NCBI GenBank assembly: GCA_963819815.1
Contig: CAWFXL010000001.1
Span: forward strand, 480,001-544,000
Direction of reading: 5' to 3'
Origin: an uncultured bacterium
GTDB taxonomy: Bacteria > Babelota > Babeliae > Babelales > Babelaceae
DNA length: 64,000 nt
Under the pieces are notes generated by a model, which did no database searches, was not told where the DNA came from, and was given only the letters and a program-made list of their open reading frames with translations. The position numbers and the translations under genes are program-made. Below are positions 30,901-39,037 of the stretch, piece by piece. The stretch's first letter is position 1. Every line of letters begins with the position of its first letter.

Positions 30901-31356
30901 CGTGGCTTTTTGCACGGCCAAATGCAATGGGGTATTTCCTGAACGATTTTTAGCATTCACAGAGACTCCTTGATCAAGAAAATCGGGCACATCCAATGTA
31001 TCGCCTCGATAAATCGCTTGAAACATTTTCCCTGGGTGCGTGGTATCATCATTCGTTATACCCTCATGTGGCAACTCATACGATGAAGAACTGTCTCCAG
31101 AGCTCTGCTCGCTTTCATCTGCTTCGTCATCTATTCGAGCAGGAGCGGATCGAAATGAACTATTTCTTTTTCTAGCTGGCTGCGCAGCCCTATAGTGATC
31201 AGTAGCATTTTCCGCTACATCTTCCTTTCTTACGCGAGTATCTGCCTGCGCAGCATCGCCTATTAATTTTTTATCAGCACTTTGCTTAACTTTTACCATA
31301 GCATTCATGCCTTGAAAAAAGAAGAGTGAAGTCAGAAGCAATAAAACTTTGTTCAT
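27910..31356 (-). CDS. Large modular secreted ankyrin protein, paralogue A2
   Basis: AAGGAAGG RBS; MNKVLLLLTSLFFFQGMNA|M; three short 2-ANK modules, long ANK block, shared C-terminal module. Confidence 0.93.
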   Translation of the reverse strand: MNKVLLLLTSLFFFQGMNAMVKVKQSADKKLIGDAAQADTRVRKEDVAENATDHYRAAQPARKRNSSFRSAPARIDDEADESEQSSGDSSSSYELPHEGITNDDTTHPGKMFQAIYRGDTLDVPDFLDQGVSVNAKNRSGNTPLHLAVQKATIKTKWLVGELIKRGADIYALNNKNETIFVNADPEMSSLVHKLEKKRDANVSTQNNIAAMQQLPTNEVDKNQTTPSVKKRKSSFRSAPEKGSRIKGEEDESQQSTRGGSFINKEANNDGTLEERLFREISRKNTPKTIALLDEGAPVNAINKLGHTPLHLAARWATKGRMVLVSELIKRGADTSPVNDYGETVFDCADSEVATLMHELVKNRDSDDTKKGAASSRLLTRQSSQTSAPQRTSAKVSQNSKKELVCDAAHVAPHSKKKDSGQIADNGTDKNQTRLPAKKRRSSFRSAPEKRSRLDDEEDEREQSIADSSFIDNEKEGDNDGTLEERLFHEISRKSTLKVIALLDQGAPINVINKLGNTPLHIAARWAKKGKMLIVSELIKRGADTSPVNVHGETVFDCADPEVATLMRELVKNRYIDDTSESDASPTPLKRQSSQTSAPQKTSAPARTRAIGEGNQHELQIQHSAHLSHSPVQRPPLPMGQNTNVQEDGLIEVPLMPLAQKSSVPEQSQLAVQPQEESDQSSRQEKRLKSDLFAVAQKGDRLQLIDLLMQGASLKWRSDKGATIAHVAARHNHLGMVQWLLEIYPDLVDMTDDRGYTIAHVAAQLGHIELVKWLIFRFPDLLMKTDKSRSTALHLAAFKGHFEIVKYVLQKHPELANKLGNKDMSVLMNAICSDNLEMVKWLMRCFPDLIPLLAIKKHSILHVASARSLEVVQHIAQSCPVLLQSEDGLTCLYNAVIANKLEIVQWLAHTYPRLLTIKNNKQETPLDVARSLNKPAIIQILEDAEKRHEQTVLDSSNNSSTKQASQKATSIEDRSNVPVNNQQEHVARNIIIPRQPELADFVDVHKRINGLTVLHCTLLQGTAIIKQFLEMGADINALDNEGKTVLMKAIENRNDELVRSIVSQGASLNIQNNAGQTALILAAQNGLLPLVAFLIENGADTRIQDKNEKTFVAYLDPSIRPLIGVLVAKSARVHNINVSFGGVGGPPPY
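29548..30700. repeat. Intragenic tandem duplication, about 630-bp period
   Basis: 29548-30076 aligns with 30178-30700 (e.g. DGTLEERLF...ELIKRGADTSPVN..GETVFDCAD.EVATLM.ELVKNR twice). Confidence 0.9.
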
Positions 31357-31411
31357 GATAACCTTCCTTAATCATTTCATTCGTTTATCTTATTTTAATA
31401 TTCTCTACTTT

Positions 31412-31509
31412 CTATGAATGTTGAGCTAAAAGCTCCACTATCAATCCCTGAAGGGCTGGATGCGATGGCAATGAAGACATTCAATGAATGTCCTCATCAT
31501 AAACTCCTC
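31412..31509 (-). pseudogene. Collapsed remnant of a second B-type paralogue
   Basis: GAGGAG RBS, then MMRTFIECLH and, frameshifted, HPALQGLIVELLAQHS*, matching the C-termini RTFIAYLDPS (A1) and DPSIQGLVIAILAQRS* (B). Confidence 0.75.
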
Positions 31510-31553
31510 AACAATCTTAAGTTTTTATACATAAAACAAGATTGCGTGTTTCT

Positions 31554-31581
31554 ATTATAATTTATTATGTCTTATGGTCAA
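31554..31581 (-). promoter_or_regulatory. Sigma70-like promoter
   Basis: TTGACC-N16-TATAAT. Confidence 0.55.
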
Positions 31582-31617
31582 ATGCATTGGCAGAGCCAAC
31601 TCAGCAGCAAGCTTACA

Positions 31618-32520
31618 TTAGCCACTATGTTGACCTCGATAAAGTAAGGGCAATTGTACCAAGGACTCAAGAAAGGGCTTAGGTGCCTGCGTCTTAATGA
31701 TATACAGAGCTCCAATAGTAAGTACACAGAGGCTTGGTAGGACTACCCATCGAAAAGTAAATAAGCCCCTTTCCTTTAATGCCGTTGAAACCGCTCGTGA
31801 GGGTTCATCGCTTGTTAGAGAACCAGGAAGCTTGAGAGCTATCTCAACATAATCAGCGATGTCATGATGCCCAAGTCTACGAGCGCATGACAAGACAGTT
31901 TCAGCTTCAATGGTTGATTCTTGAACTGCTAGATAGGTACTATACGAGGAGTTGTTCCTTATTAATGCAAATGCCAGATCAGGACGATTATAGCGAAGTG
32001 CATTACAGAGAGGTAATTCACCTCTGCCGTTTACAAACCATAGTGGTATGAACTGAGCCAGGAAGAGTGCTAGATCACGATGCCCCTGCTTAATAGCAAC
32101 ATCAAGGAGTGATTCAACCACGGGGATATCAAGTATATTATCCGATTGATCTTCCTGATCAGAGGCTGGAAAAAGTCGAGTCATATGTGCTCCACCAAAG
32201 GTGAAAAATTTCACTGATTCAACATTCCCTGCAGATGTCGCATGGTAGATCGCCGTAAATCCCTCGAATGGCTCATCAAGATTACCGTATTCTTCACACA
32301 TTTCTTCAAGTGCTTGTATATTTCCTGCACCAGCGTACTTATAAAGCTTCTCTATAGCGGTTGGTCGCAGAGGTTTTCCTATCCCAGATCGTATGCTGTG
32401 GGGAGTTCGAATATACGGATAATGGTTATTTTTTGAAGTGCTGGAAGTGCGTTGTGCAGGTTCCATAGCATGTATCGAAGAGATAATGCATAAGAAAATA
32501 AGATTGATTTGTTGGTGCAT
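31618..32520 (-). CDS. Secreted ankyrin-repeat protein with C-terminal TM helix
   Basis: Signal ending SIHA|ME; divergent ANK repeats; hydrophobic WVVLPSLCVLTIGALYII. Confidence 0.88.
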   Translation of the reverse strand: MHQQINLIFLCIISSIHAMEPAQRTSSTSKNNHYPYIRTPHSIRSGIGKPLRPTAIEKLYKYAGAGNIQALEEMCEEYGNLDEPFEGFTAIYHATSAGNVESVKFFTFGGAHMTRLFPASDQEDQSDNILDIPVVESLLDVAIKQGHRDLALFLAQFIPLWFVNGRGELPLCNALRYNRPDLAFALIRNNSSYSTYLAVQESTIEAETVLSCARRLGHHDIADYVEIALKLPGSLTSDEPSRAVSTALKERGLFTFRWVVLPSLCVLTIGALYIIKTQAPKPFLESLVQLPLLYRGQHSG

Positions 32521-33096
32521 GGTAAATCCTTTGTAAAGAATGCTAACTATACCTATGCATGCATTACTACTAAATCGTATTCTTTACGATGACTTATATT
32601 ATTAGCCATCCTTAAAAAGACCAAGACGAGACCTTTTTTAGATTAATTGTATGTTTCATTGAGAAAAGTATACCCGAGGAATGATGGTATTGCCACATAT
32701 ATTATATTTCGAGCAGGTCCTCCCGCAAGAGTTAATGAATTCAGCATTGATTTAATGCGCCCTACCGTTTCATTAAATACTTTAAAAGCTCTTTTCAAGA
32801 ATAGAAACTGTTGTGTTGTCTTGACACCATCCTTAATGAGCTTCCTCCCTAAAAAAGTTGCGCTTTTTTGCCATAACATGGCACTACGGCAGGAAGTCCT
32901 TAAGCTTTTTCTCACTCAGTCTTTTCCCCTTTTACACAAGTATATGGGCACAACCTTTTCGACTTCGGTGATCTATGTGCTAGAAACTTGCAGATCAGAT
33001 CTAGAAACCTTAGAGCTCGATTTCTAAGTCGTCCTTAAATTACTAGTTACATTATGCTATGCTACAACTTGTTAGGATTACCACGGAGGATCCACT

Positions 33097-33390
33097 ATGT
33101 CCATCAACACGAAAACAAAAGATAAGATAATAGCTATTATTGCGTCTTTAATGCCACATGCTAAGATCTACCTTTATGGATCTCATGCCAGGGGAACGGC
33201 AAGCGAAGGTTCTGATATCGACCTCGCTCTGGACACGGGAGGTAAGATCCCAATGCATGAGCTTGGTGAAATTAAGAATGTTTTAGAAGGATTAAGTATC
33301 CCTAACAAACTTGATGTCGTAGATATACATTCAATCGCTCCTGAAATGTATAATGAAATAGTAAGGGATAAATTAATATGGAAAGCCTAA
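33097..33390 (+). CDS. MNT minimal nucleotidyltransferase antitoxin (MntA-like)
   Basis: GS-x10-DxD motif (GSHARGTASEGSDID); GGAGG RBS; overlaps the HEPN gene. Confidence 0.92.
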   Translation: MSINTKTKDKIIAIIASLMPHAKIYLYGSHARGTASEGSDIDLALDTGGKIPMHELGEIKNVLEGLSIPNKLDVVDIHSIAPEMYNEIVRDKLIWKA

Positions 33391-33782
33391 ATACGCGTCA
33401 TCGAGCGCTAAACAAATGCCTTGATAGTCTTCAGGAGTCACTGGAACTTTTTAATAGCAAGGAATACCTTAATCTCCATAAGCAGCTTCGCGACTCAGTC
33501 ATACAACGTTTTGAATTTACAATCGATACATTTTGGAAGTTTCTGCGGGAGTATCTTGAGGAAAAACACGGGGTGACTTTCTCGCTTGTCAGTCCAAGAG
33601 AAGTATTAAAAACAGCACTCACAGTACAGATTATCAAGAAACAGGACTTTGAAAGTTTTGAACAAATGCTCCAAGATCGAAATCTAACATCCCACACCTA
33701 TAATGAACTGCTAGCGGAAGAAATTAGTAATAGGATACAAAAATATTACCCGCTGCTTGATAGCATAGCGAAGCTTATTTAA
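33378..33782 (+). CDS. HEPN toxin, HI0074/NTase_sub_bind family (HepT-like)
   Basis: RDSVIQRFEFT and R-x4-H-x-Y (RNLTSHTY). Confidence 0.92.
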   Translation: MESLNTRHRALNKCLDSLQESLELFNSKEYLNLHKQLRDSVIQRFEFTIDTFWKFLREYLEEKHGVTFSLVSPREVLKTALTVQIIKKQDFESFEQMLQDRNLTSHTYNELLAEEISNRIQKYYPLLDSIAKLI

Positions 33783-34140
33783 GTATCGGTATAGCGGTCT
33801 ATTATTGCAGTAAAGAATGCCATACAAACCATTGGGCTACCCTACAATATCTGTCTCGTATATGCTTTGTGATAATAAATTCTAGCCCCTCATCAACACC
33901 TAAAGCCTGATGTTCTCTGGCTAATCTAATAATGGACTGCTTTCCTTTCAATAAAAACTTACGAGTCCTCTTGAATAAAGATCGTATTCTTTCGTACGCG
34001 CTCTTTACTATAATCATATAGAAAACTTTATTTAGTAGTTAAACGCCAACGGATAATGGTGCTATATCGCGACGTCAACTACAAAGTTGTATTCTCCCAA
34101 ACACTGTCATTTTGGTAGACTTACTCGAAAACTATAAGGT

Positions 34141-36144
34141 TTATGCAATCGGTCTGCTGTCTGCCAAAGCCTTCAAATCTACTACAATATAATGAGTGAC
34201 TCCGCCTGGTCGGCAAATTCGCGTGAACATCCATTGATAGTTAGCATTTGTAGTATCTACTGTTAACCATGGTTTTGAGAGATCTTCAGCATTGAAAATC
34301 GTAAAGCATTTATAAATACTTTTCCCATCATCAACAGACAGAAGAGGAGGATGTTTTTTCATAAATTCTAGAAAAGCTTCTGTGCTCTGCGTTTGATCCT
34401 TGACCCCCGAAAACGAGTAGGGATTTTTGTGATACTTATATTCGTCAGGAAGCTTTTTGCTGAGCTTCTCCGCTATCTTCTTCTCGGAAACAACGACATT
34501 TCCATCTTTCAATTCTACCATAGCATAAGTAGAAATACATTCTTGAGCATCATGAAGTGAGCTTTCTTCGGACTCTCCATTTTTTCTATATGATGCTAAG
34601 CGTCGCTTGAAATGACTATCCTCGTCCACACTTTGTTCTGCGGCCTCGCGTCTAAGTTCTTCGAGAATCACTGCTTCTTTTTGAGCTTTAAATTCGTCAA
34701 AAGTTATATTTTTTTGTGCCTCTTTCATTTTTTCCTGCATTTCACGCGTACCAACAAACACTGCGCTTGGAAGTGCGTCGGCAATAATTTTTTCCATGGC
34801 AAAATTTGGAGCATTAACCATGTATTTTCTCTGCGGGTTACGCATGAGCATTACTTTTGCAGCAAAGGAATGTAAATCAACCGAAATCCCCTTTGTTCTA
34901 CCCTGAAATGCTGCTTCTGCAGTATGCGTAACGCCCATATGCGTGGTGATGAGCGCGTTAGGTGAAGAGGTAACTGTTACAAACATTTCAACATCTTTGG
35001 CAAAGGAATCACTCTCTTGCCAGAAATAATATTTCATTTCATCAGGGATTGGCTGTGGAGTTTCTGCCCTCGTAATATAGGCAACCCAGACCTCATTTGC
35101 GCTATATGAAATTTCATTTAACACCCCCTTAAAATGTAGAGCACCATCGGCTCTAGAGCCTTTCTTTGGATCCCACCCAACCCCGAGAACGCGTTCATGG
35201 CTTTGCACTTCGGCGTAGCGGAGCCATAGGGGCTGCGTACGTTCGTCAACACGCTCCATAACCAGGGTTAAATTCTTATTCGGTATTTTACTGGTATAAA
35301 AAGTATTGGAAACTTTTTGAATCGCAGGATAAAGATTTTTGCCTGCATCCTGTCGAACTGAAGCTTTGCAAGTTCTAACTTCATGTATGCGACCGCTTTC
35401 ACTAAGTCCTTTGACTATAAATTGAGTTGCAGTCTCCAAATACTCCTTGCTTCGAGGAACGTCCTCAACAAGCATATTAACCGGAATTATATTGAAACCA
35501 TCACGCACTATCCAATCCATGCCTTTAAATCCGAATTTGCTGACAAACTTAGCGAGCAATTGTTCTGCTCGTATTATATCCGCAGGCTGTAATCCCGTAT
35601 GAGATATAAGAAGCGGGCCATTAACGACAAGATTCAAAAATGCACTTACTCCTTCAACCTCTTCCTTTAAGGACTGCTCATGATCGTCATCATCATCATG
35701 TGATAGATTTTTCTTTACCTGCGCCTCAGCCTTCTCAAAAAATTTTGCAGCATAATTTTTTAGTAGACGCGATATATCATCATCGTCATCATCATGTGAT
35801 CGATTTTTCCTTAACTGTTTCTCAGCCTTCTCAAAAAATTTTTCAGTATAATTTTTTAGTAGACGCGATAAAAGTTCAAACTGCTCGGCCGTGAACATGG
35901 GCAGTTGATCAACCCCTCTTAGAGAGACAAGACGGTCAAAAAAGTATTGAAGCGAAAGTCTCTGCGCATCCAATTTACCTTGCATAAGCTCCTTTTTAAG
36001 GGCCTCCACGTTGGTCTCAAACTCTTTTTCCTTTTGTTTCTCTACCGATTCTTTCACCGATTGATCAGCACTTAAGCTTAAGCCATGACAATTATTTACA
36101 AGCGATGATACCGCCAATAGCAACAGAATGATATAATATTTCAT
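34141..36144 (-). CDS. Secreted hypothetical protein; C-terminal ~400 aa paralogous to 57324..58622
   Basis: Signal peptide; shared blocks such as DAGKNLYPAIQKVSNTFYTSKIP and DLHSFAAKVMLMRNP. Confidence 0.88.
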   Translation of the reverse strand: MKYYIILLLLAVSSLVNNCHGLSLSADQSVKESVEKQKEKEFETNVEALKKELMQGKLDAQRLSLQYFFDRLVSLRGVDQLPMFTAEQFELLSRLLKNYTEKFFEKAEKQLRKNRSHDDDDDDISRLLKNYAAKFFEKAEAQVKKNLSHDDDDDHEQSLKEEVEGVSAFLNLVVNGPLLISHTGLQPADIIRAEQLLAKFVSKFGFKGMDWIVRDGFNIIPVNMLVEDVPRSKEYLETATQFIVKGLSESGRIHEVRTCKASVRQDAGKNLYPAIQKVSNTFYTSKIPNKNLTLVMERVDERTQPLWLRYAEVQSHERVLGVGWDPKKGSRADGALHFKGVLNEISYSANEVWVAYITRAETPQPIPDEMKYYFWQESDSFAKDVEMFVTVTSSPNALITTHMGVTHTAEAAFQGRTKGISVDLHSFAAKVMLMRNPQRKYMVNAPNFAMEKIIADALPSAVFVGTREMQEKMKEAQKNITFDEFKAQKEAVILEELRREAAEQSVDEDSHFKRRLASYRKNGESEESSLHDAQECISTYAMVELKDGNVVVSEKKIAEKLSKKLPDEYKYHKNPYSFSGVKDQTQSTEAFLEFMKKHPPLLSVDDGKSIYKCFTIFNAEDLSKPWLTVDTTNANYQWMFTRICRPGGVTHYIVVDLKALADSRPIA
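35680..35870. repeat. 96-bp (32-aa) tandem duplication ending in poly-Asp
   Basis: SRLLKNY..KFFEKAE.Q..KN.SHDDDDD twice. Confidence 0.9.
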
Positions 36145-36364
36145 GATTTTTCTTCCAATGTCATATATTCAAGTTTTTATTCTTTTTGATAAGTATAAAA
36201 CAAAAAAAGCAGTCTGTAAAGTCGAGTGTAGAAAAATTGAGAAATCCGATTCCAAATTTCGGGTAATTTCTTGAGCGCTTAGAACGAACAATCCTTCGAT
36301 CTACCCCCTACTCTCTTGAAATTACGGAAATGACCCTTTAGGTGCAGTTTTAAGTCCACTATAC

Positions 36365-36952
36365 TTAAAGATTACAGGAATCTTTAACCCGCTTAAACCG
36401 AGTACACCCTGATATCAGAACTATGAGGGTAAATGACATAAGAAGAGGAAACAGTGCATCCGGATAAAGAATCATGAAACTAAATACGATAAACGCTTCG
36501 GCCCGCTCTACAATACTTTTTTCATCATGCATACTTTTAGGACCAGAATTTTTAAAGACGACTCCCGCAACTACAAAAGTAGAAAAGTGGAACAAAAGAG
36601 CCACTAAGAAAAGCAAATATATCATATAATGCTCTGGATATCGCCAAGCAAAAGCTAAAATAAGAGCAGACTCTACCATTCTATCTGCTATGAGATCGCA
36701 ATATGCACCAAAGGGATGCGAAGTATTTGTTAACCGCGCAATAGTGCCGTCGAGTACATCAAATAGTCCAGATAACCAGAGCAATGCCACGGCTAGTACC
36801 GGAAAGCCCAAAACTATACTCAAAGCGCTGGCAAAGCCACTCAAGAGCGCGCATACGGTTGTCTGAGTTGCGGAAAGATGAATTTTGCAGAGGTGCAGAC
36901 CAAGACTATCAAAATAGCCTTGCAATGATGGACGTAGGTGTTTATCAAGCAT
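36365..36952 (-). CDS. CDP-alcohol phosphatidyltransferase family protein
   Basis: DxxDGxxAR...GxxxDxxxD (DVLDGTIAR...GAYCDLIADR); GGAG RBS before MLDKHLRP. Confidence 0.92.
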   Translation of the reverse strand: MLDKHLRPSLQGYFDSLGLHLCKIHLSATQTTVCALLSGFASALSIVLGFPVLAVALLWLSGLFDVLDGTIARLTNTSHPFGAYCDLIADRMVESALILAFAWRYPEHYMIYLLFLVALLFHFSTFVVAGVVFKNSGPKSMHDEKSIVERAEAFIVFSFMILYPDALFPLLMSFTLIVLISGCTRFKRVKDSCNL

Positions 36953-37237
36953 ATTTCTCCCATTGAAGTACTTGTACTCAACTATATCATATTTTGCTGG
37001 TTGGAAGCGAACCTGAGCGAATTCACCCCCCACGGCCGTCCACGATGAGGTTCGTGATGAGCTGAACGGAATTTGATGAGTATTATCATTGCAGCCGCCA
37101 GGACACGCCATCTCCAAAGCCACCATTAGTGCATTCTCTCGGTTGGGGGCAGAAATCTTCCCTTGTGCACTATTGACACGCGTAATTATATATGATAATG
37201 TATAAAAAAAGAAAACCATACACAATTACATATATTT

Positions 37238-37540
37238 ATGAAACACTCAATTCAACACATAGGTCCTCAACTTAAAAAAGCGCGTCTTGAAAAAGGTCTT
37301 AGCCAGCGAGCCTTAAGCTTATTGGTGGGATTACCCCAAGGACATCTCTCTAAAATAGAGAGTGGTCTTGTTGATCTCCAAATATCAAGCCTTATAGAAC
37401 TAGCACGTGCTTTGGATTTAGAATTAATGCTCATTCACCGATCTTCAGTGCAAACTGTCGAGATGCTTCAGCGGGGAATGCAAGAAAAAAAATCAGAAAC
37501 TCGTCCCATGTACAGGCTAGAGGATAAAGATGAAGAATAA
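37238..37540 (+). CDS. hipB: XRE-family HTH antitoxin (HipB-like)
   Basis: LKKARLEKGLSQRALS..VGLPQGHLSKIESG HTH; overlaps hipA; TTGACA at 37173. Confidence 0.88.
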   Translation: MKHSIQHIGPQLKKARLEKGLSQRALSLLVGLPQGHLSKIESGLVDLQISSLIELARALDLELMLIHRSSVQTVEMLQRGMQEKKSETRPMYRLEDKDEE

Positions 37541-38747
37541 ACTTAGCGTCTTAGATCTATTTCTTCATAATGAAGCTATCGGCACTTTAACACGTCTTCC
37601 AGACGACAGAAACATCTTTTCTTTCAATGAAGAATATATACATAATCCACGGCGTGCTACACTAAGCCTTTCTTTTAAAGACGACCTTGGAAATTTAATC
37701 ACACAGGTAAAAACTACTAGAACTCGCCTACAACCATTTTTTGCCAATGTGCTACCGGAAGGTTTTATGCGCTCATATTTAGCAGCGCATGCCAATGTAC
37801 ACCCTGACAGAGAGTTTTTCTTACTGGCAGCACTCGGTAATGATCTGCCTGGAGCAATCAGAACAGGCCAATTAGCATTTATAACCACATCTCTTAAAGA
37901 AAAGACAGAAGAATATGTGTTACGTAATGCGCTGCATTTTTCTCTAACAGGTTTACAGCTAAAGTTTTCTGCCACATGGAAGAATAAAGACAGGCTCACC
38001 ATCCCTTTAAAAGGAACCGGAGGCAATTGGATCATAAAATTACCTTCACCAACATTCATGGGAGTTCCCCAAAATGAGTATTCTATGATGGATCTTGCCC
38101 GGCAAATTGGAATCAATGTTCCTAAAACCGCCCTTGTTAAACTAGATCAAATAAATGGTATTCCTAGCGATATTGAAAGATTTGGTTCATCTGCTTTTGT
38201 TATAGAGCGATTCGACAGAAGTGCGAATGGTGAAGTCATACATATAGAAGACTTTGCACAGATATTTGCGATTTACCCAGAAAGAAAGTATAGTGCTGCA
38301 AGCTATGGAAATATCGCAGAAGTAATTTGGGCTGAGGTAGGTGAGAATGGGCTAGCAGAATTTATTCGGCGTCTTGTATTTAATATTTTGATTGGAAATG
38401 GAGATATGCACCTTAAAAATTGGTCGCTCATCTATCTCGATAAAATAAATCCACAACTCGCCCCTGCTTATGACTACGTATCAACCGTCCCTTATTTATC
38501 TGCAGATACACTCGCGCTTAATTTCATGGGTATTAAAAACTTTCAAGCAATAACGCTTGAAAGTTTCGAAAAATTCGCTGCGCAATCGCGCCTTCCAAAA
38601 AAGCTGGTTATAGATACAGCAGTAGACACAGTAAATCGTTTTGCACGGGTCTGGCAAAGCGCTGGCACTTTGCCAATTGAAGACAAGGTAGCTGAGGCAA
38701 TTGCAATACACCTCAAAACCCTTCCATTATGGCACTTGCGCGCGTAG
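37530..38747 (+). CDS. hipA: HipA-family Ser/Thr kinase toxin
   Basis: FFANVLPEG, SLTGLQLK, ERFDR, EDFAQ, GNGDMHLKNWS and LAPAYD motifs. Confidence 0.93.
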   Translation: MKNKLSVLDLFLHNEAIGTLTRLPDDRNIFSFNEEYIHNPRRATLSLSFKDDLGNLITQVKTTRTRLQPFFANVLPEGFMRSYLAAHANVHPDREFFLLAALGNDLPGAIRTGQLAFITTSLKEKTEEYVLRNALHFSLTGLQLKFSATWKNKDRLTIPLKGTGGNWIIKLPSPTFMGVPQNEYSMMDLARQIGINVPKTALVKLDQINGIPSDIERFGSSAFVIERFDRSANGEVIHIEDFAQIFAIYPERKYSAASYGNIAEVIWAEVGENGLAEFIRRLVFNILIGNGDMHLKNWSLIYLDKINPQLAPAYDYVSTVPYLSADTLALNFMGIKNFQAITLESFEKFAAQSRLPKKLVIDTAVDTVNRFARVWQSAGTLPIEDKVAEAIAIHLKTLPLWHLRA

Positions 38748-38943
38748 CTCATCCAGCAGCACCTTTTCCTCTTGTTCCTTATGCGACTGATATTTCCTCT
38801 GAACATCTATGCTAATGGTGATCGCCTAGATGATCTACGCAGATCCCTCAGGTACCTTTCGGAACAACTTTGGGAATGTTATTACACCTCTCGGTCCCCA
38901 TTTTCTAATCGAACCGCGGGAGTGCCGGCAAAGAAAAGCAACT

Positions 38944-38971
38944 TTGACATTTTTCCCAATAAGTATATACT
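38944..38971 (+). promoter_or_regulatory. Sigma70-like promoter
   Basis: TTGACA-N16-TATACT upstream of 39038. Confidence 0.55.
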
Positions 38972-39037
38972 AATTGCAATATATCTAGAAATGAAAACGC
39001 CCGTTTTCTTAATGCCATAGGCCTCAAGGAATATATC

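Noticed and set aside
32643..33027. Overlapping 90-aa and 126-aa ORFs
   Set aside because: No RBS or domain support; possibly a gene remnant
33802..34017. 71-aa minus-strand ORF
   Set aside because: No RBS or motif support
37060..37120. Fluoride-riboswitch-like GGAGATGGCG on the minus strand upstream of the phosphatidyltransferase
   Set aside because: P1 complement and pseudoknot partner are missing, and the downstream gene is not a fluoride gene
36953..37225. N-terminal extension of the 286-aa ORF
   Set aside because: A good RBS and the family start lie at 36952; the extension overlaps the hipB promoter
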